Below are positions 1-8,921 of a DNA stretch of 30,500 nt, one piece after another. The DNA is from Tubiluchus corallicola (lineage: Eukaryota; Animalia; Priapulida), in assembly GCA_030141605.1 (NCBI GenBank), contig JAQGDQ010002457.1, forward strand, positions 1-30,500. Direction: 5' to 3'. The first letter of the stretch is position 1; every line of letters starts with the position of its first letter. The translations under genes and the position numbers were made by a program. The notes under the pieces were generated by a model that worked only from the letters and a program-made list of their open reading frames with translations, did no database searches and had not been told where the DNA came from.

Positions 1-521
1 TCCCTTTTGCTGGAGACAGATGACAATATATCTACCAAGTCATTTGTGGCATCTCTATTGTGAAGTATTAACGGCTTGTCGACATCCATCGCTAAATCGA
101 TAAATATGGCAAACAGATCCTTCTGTACCGATGCTGGAGTGTTATCCCTGTAGTAGTCAAGACCTACTTCCCCTATTGCCAAACACTTTTTGTGAGTTGC
201 CAATTTGCGAAATTTATCAAGGCTTGACAACGTAAAGCTGTCAGCATCGTTCGGATGCATGCCCACAGAGAAGTACACTTCTTCGTACTTCTCAGCTAAT
301 CTCGCCGCAGCTTTTGAACCCTTATAGCTCGTCCCCACGGTCAACATCCTCTTTACGAGGTGCTCTTTTGACCTTTCCACAAATGTGTCCAAGCTCTCGC
401 CAAAATGAGGAAAATGCAGATGAGTATGGGTGTCTGTGAAGAATATTCCCCGGGACACGGCCTCCTCAAACTCTCTTTTAAAGAGCTTGTACTCCTTATC
501 CTGCAAGCTGTTGATTATCAT
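1..521 (-). CDS. tatD: TatD family metal-dependent hydrolase/DNase (3' end outside window)
   Basis: Not in the ORF track; translated by hand from ATG 521, which overlaps the metG stop (ATGA): MIINSLQDKEYK...FTDTHTHLHF...YFSVGMHPND...AIGEVGLDYY...KPLILHNRDA. These are the TatD DxHxH, GxHP, GExGLD and HxR motifs. Confidence 0.93.
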   Translation of the reverse strand, partial: MIINSLQDKEYKLFKREFEEAVSRGIFFTDTHTHLHFPHFGESLDTFVERSKEHLVKRMLTVGTSYKGSKAAARLAEKYEEVYFSVGMHPNDADSFTLSSLDKFRKLATHKKCLAIGEVGLDYYRDNTPASVQKDLFAIFIDLAMDVDKPLILHNRDATNDLVDILSSVSSKR

Positions 522-2446
522 TTTATCTTCGTTCCAGGTTTGATATCCGTGGGCAACTCCAATAGGTGATGTTTTTTGCCGTCAAAGGCTGCAAGAAGCA
601 TCCCTTCTGACAATATTCCCATGAGCTTTGCGGCTTTTAAGTTGCTTACCACGGCAAAAGATTTGCCATTGACGTCATCTGGCGTGTAGCTTTCTGCGAT
701 ACCTGCGACGATTGTACGCTCGGAAACACCGATATTGACCCTTAACTTGAGCAATTTTTTTGAACCTTCGACGTTTTCTGCCTCCAAAACTTTACCTGCA
801 ACCAAGGATACTTTTGTAAAATCATCAAATGAAATGATATTCTCCTTTGCTTCTGCTTTTTTGGCTTCTTTCACGTTTTGTTCTGCAAATATCTCCTTGA
901 GTTTCGATTTTTCATCCACTCTTGGGAATAACTGCTCCCCTTTTTGAATCTTTTCTCCGGCTTTGAGAAGGCGCAATCTCTTTAGTTCAGCCACATTGTT
1001 GTTGTAGAAATCGGGGTCTATGTTTAGAATTTCTCTCACCTTACCGCTGCTTTCTGGCATAAAGGGATAAGTCAAGAGTGACAGTATTCTGATAGCATCC
1101 AAGGATAAGTATAATACAGAGCCCAACCTACCTCTTGTGTCGGGGTTTGTGGCAAGATCCCATGGTTTTGTTTCTGCGATGTATTTGTTTAGGGCGGAGA
1201 TGAGCTCCCAAATTGACGTAAGGACTTTGTTGAATTCCATATTGTTCATATGAACGTCGACATTGTCTACTGTTTTTAGGATAAGCTCCTCAAGCTCTTT
1301 GTCTATATTTTCTTCATCGGCATATGCTGGAATTTCAAGGTCGTAGTATCTCTCAACCATGCTTACTGTCCTGCTGACAAGGTTGCCAAGGTCATTTGCA
1401 AGATCTCCATTTATCCGTCTGATTAGCGCTTTGAACGAAAAGTCTCCGTCAAGACCGAAGGGTACTTCTCTCATCAAGAAATATCTTATTGCATCTACCC
1501 CAAAGTTTTGTACCAGTCTGCTCGGCTCAATGGCATTTCCCAATGATTTTGACATTTTTTGCCCTTCCACAGTCCACCAGCCGTGAGCAAACACGGTTTT
1601 CGGTAGGTCTATGCCGAGACTCATTAACATTGTGGGCCAGTAGATTGCATGAAACCTCAGTATGTCCTTCCCTATCAAGTGAACGTCTGCCGGCCAATAT
1701 TTCCTCAAGTCGTCTCCACTATTCATGTGGCCTATGGCAGAGATGTAGTTTGACAAAGCGTCTATCCAAACGTAAATAACATGATCAGGATGCCCAGGAA
1801 CCGGAACCCCCCAAGCAAAAGATGTCCTGCTTACAGAAAGATCTTTTAAGTCTTCCTGCAAAAAGGACAATATTTCGTTCTTTCTGGATGTCGGCTTTAT
1901 AAAGTCAGGATTGTCATTTATGTGCTTAATAAGTCTATCTTGGTATTTCGACATTTTGAAAAAGAATGACGGTTCCTTCAGGCTAACTGTCGTCCTGCCG
2001 CAGTCTGGGCATCCTGTTCCCTCTATCAGTTGTGTCTCTGTCCAGTACGTCTCGCAAGGACTACAGTAAAGCCCTTGGTACTCCCCGAGATATATATCCC
2101 CACTGTCCATCATTTTTTTGAATAGAACTGTCACACTCTCCTTGTGGAGGTCGTCAGTTGTGCGTATAAAATAGTCGTAGGATATATCAAGAGTTTCCCA
2201 TAAACCCTTGAATCTCTCCACAACTCTATCTGCCAAGGCTGTTACCTCTTCATTATTTGCTTTGGCGGCGTTTTCTATCTTCTGCCCATGCTCATCCGTG
2301 CCGGTGAGAAAATATGTATCAAAGCCGACAAGCCGCTTATACCTAGCAAGAACATCGGCTGCTATGGTGGTATAAGCATGACCTATGTGAGGGACATCAT
2401 TGACGTAATATATCGGTGTGGTGACATAATAGGTATTTGCGCTCAT
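518..2446 (-). CDS. metG: Methionine--tRNA ligase with C-terminal tRNA-binding OB-fold
   Basis: YVTTPIYYVN, HIGH, GTDEHGQK, Zn knuckle CxxC...CxxC, KMSKS, C-terminal RTIVAGI/SEGMLL domain. Confidence 0.98.
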   Translation of the reverse strand: MSANTYYVTTPIYYVNDVPHIGHAYTTIAADVLARYKRLVGFDTYFLTGTDEHGQKIENAAKANNEEVTALADRVVERFKGLWETLDISYDYFIRTTDDLHKESVTVLFKKMMDSGDIYLGEYQGLYCSPCETYWTETQLIEGTGCPDCGRTTVSLKEPSFFFKMSKYQDRLIKHINDNPDFIKPTSRKNEILSFLQEDLKDLSVSRTSFAWGVPVPGHPDHVIYVWIDALSNYISAIGHMNSGDDLRKYWPADVHLIGKDILRFHAIYWPTMLMSLGIDLPKTVFAHGWWTVEGQKMSKSLGNAIEPSRLVQNFGVDAIRYFLMREVPFGLDGDFSFKALIRRINGDLANDLGNLVSRTVSMVERYYDLEIPAYADEENIDKELEELILKTVDNVDVHMNNMEFNKVLTSIWELISALNKYIAETKPWDLATNPDTRGRLGSVLYLSLDAIRILSLLTYPFMPESSGKVREILNIDPDFYNNNVAELKRLRLLKAGEKIQKGEQLFPRVDEKSKLKEIFAEQNVKEAKKAEAKENIISFDDFTKVSLVAGKVLEAENVEGSKKLLKLRVNIGVSERTIVAGIAESYTPDDVNGKSFAVVSNLKAAKLMGILSEGMLLAAFDGKKHHLLELPTDIKPGTKIK

Positions 2447-3162
2447 ATACTACCTCCAGAGTCTTCTTCAATCACATCATTTAGCTCCACGACGTCTTCC
2501 GTATTCTTTTCCGCACACTTTGGGAGGCTGTCCTTTTCAAACATTAAACAGCACATAAGCCTGCCGCAACATCCTGATAGTTTGGCAGGATTGAGCATGA
2601 GGCGTTGTTCCTTGGCCATCTTGATCGATACATTGTCAAATTTGCGCAAGAACGTGGAACAGCAAAACTCCTTCCCACAAACCCCAAATCCTCCGACAAT
2701 TTTGGTGGCATCTCGAACCCCTATTTGGCGCATCTCTATCCTTGTCTTGAAGACTCTTGCCAAAGTTTTTACAAGTTGACGAAAATCGGTTCTACTATTT
2801 GCCGTGAAGTAAAATGTAAGCTTGCTTCTATCAAGAGTGTATTCAGCATCCACCAACTTCATGTCAAGGGTGTGAAGCTGGACGAGAGCAGAGCAGATCA
2901 AAAGAGCTTTCTTCTCATCCTTTTTATTTGTCAATAAGGTGAAATGATCTTTAGTACTTAAGGGGCGAAGAGTTCGCTTCATATCTTTTGGATTGGCAAC
3001 CCTCTTTTCATGACCCTCCACCGCAACGACGGCAATAGATTCGCCCTTATCGGTTTCTACAACTACCTGTTCTCCAGCTCTTACCACGTCATTGCATGAT
3101 AAAAAATCATATATCTTACCGCAGCGCTTAAATGATACGCCGGTAACGTTAACCTGTTTCAC
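2443..3162 (-). CDS. ricT: PSP1 domain protein (RicT/YaaT-like)
   Basis: FYFTANSRTDFRQLVK, RIEMRQIGVRD, GGFGVCGKEFCCSTFL, NPAKLSGCCGRLMCCL; lies between holB and metG. Confidence 0.9.
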   Translation of the reverse strand: MKQVNVTGVSFKRCGKIYDFLSCNDVVRAGEQVVVETDKGESIAVVAVEGHEKRVANPKDMKRTLRPLSTKDHFTLLTNKKDEKKALLICSALVQLHTLDMKLVDAEYTLDRSKLTFYFTANSRTDFRQLVKTLARVFKTRIEMRQIGVRDATKIVGGFGVCGKEFCCSTFLRKFDNVSIKMAKEQRLMLNPAKLSGCCGRLMCCLMFEKDSLPKCAEKNTEDVVELNDVIEEDSGGSI

Positions 3163-4063
3163 TAAATACCTCTATCAGTTTGCTTGTAAGCTCCATTTTG
3201 CATATACCTAAGTTCACATTATACTCAAGTCGCTTGAGAAACTCCAGCACATAATGGGAAAACTCCAGATACTCATTCCTTCTGTCTGATTTGTAGATGG
3301 TTAATGCTTCCGAATAAAGGGATCTGCACAGAAGGGCTAGACGCTCTTTGTCCTCTATGTTGTTGATCTGATCGACCACCTCTACAAGATATCCCTCTTG
3401 AAGTTTTGACAATATATTTGTCCCCCTCAAGCCTAAGGAAGCAAGAGCATAGTTTACCGTCCCGTTCGAGTTTTTTAAGGCATAGTCAATATCTGCCTCA
3501 TTGTCTACCTTTGCAGATAATATACTGCGAAGGTCTGCTTCATTTAGCGTGTTGAAATGTGTGGTTACGCATCTTGAGCGTATGGTGTCCAGCAACATGT
3601 CGTACTTACTCGTTAACAGGAAAAAATATGTGTTTTGCCCCGGCTCTTCGAGGGTTTTCAAGAACGCATTCCCCGCAGGCTGGGCTATTGTGTGCACATT
3701 ATCTAGGATGTATACTTTGCATCTACCTGAAAAGGGGCTCATGGCGGCTCTGTTTGACAACTCTCTCATGTTGTCTATCTTAAGGTCGCTCTCTTCAAAA
3801 ATTTCGAGATCCGGATGTGCATTCGCTGATATTTTGGTGCAAGACTCACAAAAACAACTTTCAAAAAAATTGCCCTCTAAGCAGAGCAAACCCATGCCTA
3901 GATTTATGCTGAAAAGTTTTTTGCCTATACTTTCCGGTCCGACAAATATGTAAGCGTGACTTAATCTGTTGGAAGACACGGTCTTTTTGAAGAGTTTTTT
4001 CTGCTCATAGTGTCCAAGCACAACGTCTGGGGTGATCTTTGCATTGTTTATGGCGTCTGTCAT
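3149..4063 (-). CDS. holB: DNA polymerase III subunit delta'
   Basis: RLSHAYIFVGPESIGK, Zn module (LLC...CFCESC), HPD, NAFLKTLEEP, TIRSRC; directly downstream of tmk. Confidence 0.92.
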   Translation of the reverse strand: MTDAINNAKITPDVVLGHYEQKKLFKKTVSSNRLSHAYIFVGPESIGKKLFSINLGMGLLCLEGNFFESCFCESCTKISANAHPDLEIFEESDLKIDNMRELSNRAAMSPFSGRCKVYILDNVHTIAQPAGNAFLKTLEEPGQNTYFFLLTSKYDMLLDTIRSRCVTTHFNTLNEADLRSILSAKVDNEADIDYALKNSNGTVNYALASLGLRGTNILSKLQEGYLVEVVDQINNIEDKERLALLCRSLYSEALTIYKSDRRNEYLEFSHYVLEFLKRLEYNVNLGICKMELTSKLIEVFSETG

Positions 4064-4698
4064 ATGATCCCTGTCATAGTTTCAAGTTTCTCCTTTATCT
4101 TCAGAAAAACCTCTTCTTCACTCCCGTTTGCATCTATGACGAAAGTGTTTTCAAATTTTTCAGCATACCAAAGGAAGCCTTCTCTGACTTTTCTAAAGAA
4201 GGGGATCCCAAAAGATTCAAATTTGCCCTCTTGTTGGACAAGATTGTCCCTTTCTAGCCTTGTCTCGGAGCGTACCAGAGCAATTTCTGGGGAAATATCT
4301 AATATAAACGCTATATCGGGCATTTTTATAACTTTGTCAAAGGGCTTCAGCATATCTTCACTGATATCCCTGCCCTTGATCTGGTAGGCATAAGTGGAGG
4401 GTATTGAGCGATCACACAGAACATCAATGCCTTTAGCCAAGTTTGGCATTATTACCTTGCTCTGGTGCTCTATCCTGTTGGCTGTGAAGAGTAGAAGTTC
4501 GCTCAACTCTTCCAAATCTTGTTCCTGATGCAGAAGATGTTGGCGCAAAAGCTTGCCCAAATCTGTGCCGCCGGGCTCCTTCGTTGTGATGTGCTTCCTA
4601 GAGATAGAGTCAAAATAGCTGGATAAGCGGGCAATCTGCGTACTCTTCCCGCATCCGTCTATACCATCAAGCACTATAAAGCGAGCGCCATTGTCCAT
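4060..4698 (-). CDS. tmk: Thymidylate kinase
   Basis: FIVLDGIDGCGKST P-loop, TKEPGGT, ELLLF, LCDR, AYQ motifs. Confidence 0.96.
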   Translation of the reverse strand: MDNGARFIVLDGIDGCGKSTQIARLSSYFDSISRKHITTKEPGGTDLGKLLRQHLLHQEQDLEELSELLLFTANRIEHQSKVIMPNLAKGIDVLCDRSIPSTYAYQIKGRDISEDMLKPFDKVIKMPDIAFILDISPEIALVRSETRLERDNLVQQEGKFESFGIPFFRKVREGFLWYAEKFENTFVIDANGSEEEVFLKIKEKLETMTGII

Positions 4699-4747
4699 AA
4701 AAATTCCTTACAAAAATCTTAAAACAGGAAGGTCGAGCCTAAAGCCC

Positions 4748-5677
4748 TTACTCTTCATCCGCGTGCACCGGTATATGAATGTGTTTGTTGAGATTAAGTG
4801 CGGCATCCTCCAGTTCACCAAACTTGAAGTTATATACAATAAGTATGGCACCGTCCTTCCTCAAATAGCAATCATCATCATAATAGTAACATGCAAATTC
4901 CTTCTTTGTCCCATTCTTAAATGAAAAGGATATGTTGCCGTCCCTATAAGCTGTGCTTGGCATAACGTTATCCTTTGCAAAGGAGTTGACCTTGAAGGGT
5001 GCAATGCTTGAAGTGAACTCAAAAATCTTTTGCTGGGGTATCGAAATACCGTTGTAGAACCATTCTTTCATCTGAAGTCCCTCAATGGCTCTTTGCTCTA
5101 TGAGTATCTCTGTACCATGAAACTTAATATCGATGGTTTCCAAATCCGCTAAATCGTAATCGATCAAGGTTTTGTCTCTGACTTGAGCCATAGTGTAGGG
5201 CAGGCTTGCAAAGAAGCTACCGTCCGTTAAAATAACTTCACCGGATGAACGTTCCACATACACAAACTTCCTTTCAAGGTCAAAAGTGCCTATCTTTAGC
5301 GTGAGCTCTTTATCTCCTTGGTGCAGGATGATCGTTGATGAATTGTTGTCAAGGTGGACATTTTCATTCTCAACACTACTCATGCCTATGGTCGTTATCT
5401 TTTCTGTTTTAAGCAGGTTTTCTACAAGCTTCTCAATAGCTTCTTGGTTTGCCGGCCACTCTACGGGCGTCACCAGCATCCATCTGCCGTCCTCCTTTGA
5501 GATATCGAGCTCGAAATCACCCTTGCCAAAGTATTCTATTCTGTCGATATCCGTCAATGAACTGATCATATATTCAACTTCGTAGATCTCCCTTTTTCCG
5601 CTAAAAGAGATGATAATGTATATTAGCACAAGAGAGACTGCAAATATTGGCAGTATAAAATCTCTTATATTTGTCAT
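4748..5677 (-). CDS. Membrane-anchored DUF4340-like protein of Gld-like ABC cluster
   Basis: N-terminal TM helix; KEDGRWMLVTPVEWPAN and LKIG motifs, with a second degenerate repeat (KEWFYNG); overlaps the GldG-like gene. Confidence 0.7.
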   Translation of the reverse strand: MTNIRDFILPIFAVSLVLIYIIISFSGKREIYEVEYMISSLTDIDRIEYFGKGDFELDISKEDGRWMLVTPVEWPANQEAIEKLVENLLKTEKITTIGMSSVENENVHLDNNSSTIILHQGDKELTLKIGTFDLERKFVYVERSSGEVILTDGSFFASLPYTMAQVRDKTLIDYDLADLETIDIKFHGTEILIEQRAIEGLQMKEWFYNGISIPQQKIFEFTSSIAPFKVNSFAKDNVMPSTAYRDGNISFSFKNGTKKEFACYYYDDDCYLRKDGAILIVYNFKFGELEDAALNLNKHIHIPVHADEE

Positions 5678-7230
5678 AAAAATTTCCTCCTAACCATGAA
5701 TATTTTTAGCACAATAAAGCCTATCAAGAGCGATAAAAACGGAGGCAAAAACATTGCGGAATATTTTAAAATTCCCTGTATGTATGAGGAATGCAGATTT
5801 ATAGGGTGAGTGGGCAATTCCCTTTGGCGCAGCTCCACCATCGTGATGTCATCATACGTGTGATCTATCATATTCAACAAAAATGCTGCATTATCAGAGA
5901 GAAAATTGTACTCATCCTTAAGAAAACCGCTGTCTCCGATGAGATAAAGAGTACCGCTACCCTCCTTCAGGAAGGAGTCTTCATGGGGCTTTATAGGGTT
6001 GTCAAACTCTCCAATAAAATTCCCTTGGGCTTTTATGGCTAAAACCTGACGACCTGCCTTGAATTCATCTTTGTAGTACGGTCTGTCGATCCGTATATCA
6101 AGTGTGTGCTCCGGAGGGTCATAGATGGCTAGACCGCTTGATCTTGATGTTCTCGCGATATAGTCTATCTTCAACTCATCGCTTTCCGTATACTCTATTG
6201 GGGATGCGAAGAAAAAGCTCAAGCTCGAAATACCTGAAGTTTCGGGCAAATCCCTGTTAATATCCACAGATTCTGGAAAAAATGGATACTTTATAATAGT
6301 ATTACTTCCACTGGCGCTAGTGTTTGGCAAGCTGGTCGTGATGGCGTTTTTGTCCAAAACCAACCCTTTTTTTAGCTCAATGCCGTTCAGATCTAAAAAA
6401 TCCTCAAAGCCATTGCGTATAAAAAAGGTTCTATTGTCGCTAAGATCTCCCTTTACTACATCAAGTCCCATTAACAGGGTGTTTCCTGCCATCAGGTATT
6501 GCTGTATTGCGTAGCGGACTGTAGGCTCTACCGAAGAGTTTGGTCCTGCAAATATTGTCATTTTGTATTTAGGATCGATAATATCCCCCGGAGAAAGCTC
6601 AACAGTCTCCACGTTGTAATAGCTGTTCAACAGAGCTGTTATGTTGGCAATCTCTCCGGCTTTTGATTCAGGGCTGACGGAGTCGCTAGCTGTGAGTATC
6701 GCCAAGTCTTGGGGTTTTGAACTCATCCTGTTTATGGCGCTTGTGATGCTGTATTCAGGATTTGCGTCCCTGCTTACGTATGGCACAACCTCCACTTTAT
6801 CCCCGTATATGATCACATAGCCCATGTAGATATCCCTTATCTGATAACTGTCTGAAGCTACGACGTTGATGCGCATGGGGCTAATCCCGTACCTATTTAC
6901 TGCATTTTTGAAATTTGGATTTTTGTCATCTATCACTTGGAAGTTAAAGTTCTTGGGTGATGCTGTCTTGTACTCATTCAACAGATCTAAAAAATAACGC
7001 GATGAAATGTTGAATTCACTGGGCAGATCTGTGCTTACCATAAATATTATGGTTGTCTCATAGTCCAGGCTGTGCAGTACCTTTTTGCTGGCTGAGCTCA
7101 GGGAGTACAGCTTACCGCTGGTGAAATCCAGCTTTTTGTTAGAAGCGTAAAATATCAGGTTTGCAAATAGTACAATGACAACCACTGATACAAGATTTAT
7201 GTAAATTAAATGCTGACGACTAAGCTTCAT
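5674..7230 (-). CDS. GldG-like ABC transporter auxiliary component (ABC_transp_aux)
   Basis: N- and C-terminal TM helices, LDFTSGKLYSLSSASK, LLNEY, EYSITSAI, LIGDSGF, NAAFLLNMID. Confidence 0.85.
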   Translation of the reverse strand: MKLSRQHLIYINLVSVVVIVLFANLIFYASNKKLDFTSGKLYSLSSASKKVLHSLDYETTIIFMVSTDLPSEFNISSRYFLDLLNEYKTASPKNFNFQVIDDKNPNFKNAVNRYGISPMRINVVASDSYQIRDIYMGYVIIYGDKVEVVPYVSRDANPEYSITSAINRMSSKPQDLAILTASDSVSPESKAGEIANITALLNSYYNVETVELSPGDIIDPKYKMTIFAGPNSSVEPTVRYAIQQYLMAGNTLLMGLDVVKGDLSDNRTFFIRNGFEDFLDLNGIELKKGLVLDKNAITTSLPNTSASGSNTIIKYPFFPESVDINRDLPETSGISSLSFFFASPIEYTESDELKIDYIARTSRSSGLAIYDPPEHTLDIRIDRPYYKDEFKAGRQVLAIKAQGNFIGEFDNPIKPHEDSFLKEGSGTLYLIGDSGFLKDEYNFLSDNAAFLLNMIDHTYDDITMVELRQRELPTHPINLHSSYIQGILKYSAMFLPPFLSLLIGFIVLKIFMVRRKFL

Positions 7231-7937
7231 TATTCACTCCTCATCTGTATGCGATGCTTTGTAAAATGTAAGAAAAGAGCCGTCAGTGACAAGAAGTAGA
7301 CGACATTCTCCACCTTGATAACGCCCATGGAGAAATTGCGAAAATGATAACTGTTTGACATATAATTTGCCGCAATCTGCAGTGATGTAGGTAAAAATGA
7401 ACCGACATAGCCCATCATATTTATGAGAAATATTATGAAAAATCCTACAATGAAAGCTACTATTTGGTTAGATGTGATGCATGAAGCGAAGATGCCTATG
7501 GATGTGTACAGACACGCTGTCAGCAGTATGCCCACATAGGTGGTAAACATCGGACCCAAGTCCGGATTTCCTGAAACGAATACAACAAAGCAATAGTAAA
7601 GCGTAAGCGATAGGGGAAACAAAAATACAACCATTCCGCTCAAAAATTTACCTATGACATACTTTGTCTCATCAATGCCTGTCGTCATAACCAGCTCGAA
7701 CGTGCCGTAATGTCTCTCTTCAGCTATCATTCGCATGGTTATGGCAGGTATGTAGAACATCATCAAAAATGTCAGCATACTGACAAAGCTCCTGAGCTCT
7801 GCCAATGAATTTAAAAAGAATGTGTTTGCAAAAAAGTATCCCGTGGCTAAAAGGAATATGGCGGTAAGTACAAACATGCCTATTGAAAAGAAAGATACCT
7901 TTAACTCCTTTATCACCATAGCTAAAATAATACTCAT
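7230..7937 (-). CDS. GldF-like ABC-2 type permease
   Basis: About six TM segments; IPAITMRMIAEERHYGTFELVMT, VIGKF, SIGIFASCITSNQIVA. Confidence 0.88.
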   Translation of the reverse strand: MSIILAMVIKELKVSFFSIGMFVLTAIFLLATGYFFANTFFLNSLAELRSFVSMLTFLMMFYIPAITMRMIAEERHYGTFELVMTTGIDETKYVIGKFLSGMVVFLFPLSLTLYYCFVVFVSGNPDLGPMFTTYVGILLTACLYTSIGIFASCITSNQIVAFIVGFFIIFLINMMGYVGSFLPTSLQIAANYMSNSYHFRNFSMGVIKVENVVYFLSLTALFLHFTKHRIQMRSE

Positions 7938-8827
7938 TATTTCTCCTCCGTCAGGGATATAAAAAGATCTTCAAGGCTCACAGATTTACTCGAAAACTCC
8001 AGCGTCCTGTAGCTGTTTTCCTTGAGGAATTTTGATATTTCATCCCGTTTGTCCCCATCCGTTTCCAGTGTTGCTTTCCCATTTTCCAAAGAGATAACTT
8101 TGCCAAGCTTTTCAAGATCAGCTTCCCGAATGGTAGGCTCTGTCTCCAGCAGGTATATAACTCTATCCTTTTTCAGGTTATCCATCCTCTCATCGAGTAT
8201 TATCTTGCCCTTGTTTATTATTATTGCCCTGTCGCAAGTCTGCTCTACTTCCTGCATGATGTGGGTTGATAGAATAACAGCCTTTTCGCGTCCGAGCTCC
8301 TTGATGAGTTTGCGTATTTCAACTATCTGGTTAGGATCAAGACCTGACGTGGGCTCATCCAGTATTAGGATTTTAGGATTTGCCATGATAGCTTGAGCTA
8401 TTCCCACGCGCTGTTGATAGCCGTTTGACAAATGGGCTATCTTTTTGCCTATGATGTCGGATATTTTGCAGCTTTCTGCTGATTTGAATATCGCTTCCTT
8501 TAGTCCTTTGCCTTTTAAGCCTTTTAGCCCGCCCATATACAGCAGGTAGTCATAAGCTGTCAGTTCTTGAAAGATAGGGTTGTTTTCCGGAAGGTAGCCG
8601 ATGTTTTGCCTTACATCGCTTCTGCTGGTGTCCAGTCTTTCCCCGTTTATTTCTGCATACCCACTTGATGCGTTCATAAAACATGTGAGCATCTGCATCA
8701 TAGTGGTCTTTCCAGCACCGTTTGGACCCAAAAAACCGACTATTTCACTATCGCCTATATCGATGTTGACATTGTCTACAGCACACAATTGGCCATAGTA
8801 TTTGGTAATGCCTCTTGTTACTATCAT
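7937..8827 (-). CDS. GldA-like ABC transporter ATP-binding protein
   Basis: Walker A GPNGAGKTT, signature LSNGYQQRVG, ILILDEPTSGLDPNQ, STH. Start placed at ATG 8827 behind GGGAGA instead of the track TTG at 8845. Confidence 0.9.
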   Translation of the reverse strand: MIVTRGITKYYGQLCAVDNVNIDIGDSEIVGFLGPNGAGKTTMMQMLTCFMNASSGYAEINGERLDTSRSDVRQNIGYLPENNPIFQELTAYDYLLYMGGLKGLKGKGLKEAIFKSAESCKISDIIGKKIAHLSNGYQQRVGIAQAIMANPKILILDEPTSGLDPNQIVEIRKLIKELGREKAVILSTHIMQEVEQTCDRAIIINKGKIILDERMDNLKKDRVIYLLETEPTIREADLEKLGKVISLENGKATLETDGDKRDEISKFLKENSYRTLEFSSKSVSLEDLFISLTEEK

Positions 8828-8921
8828 CACGATCTCCCAATTCAATTTTTAAGGATTTATTCTAAATAACCGAAAACAAGACTTTTAACACAATTAGTGG
8901 ATTTTGCAACTACAATTGTTC

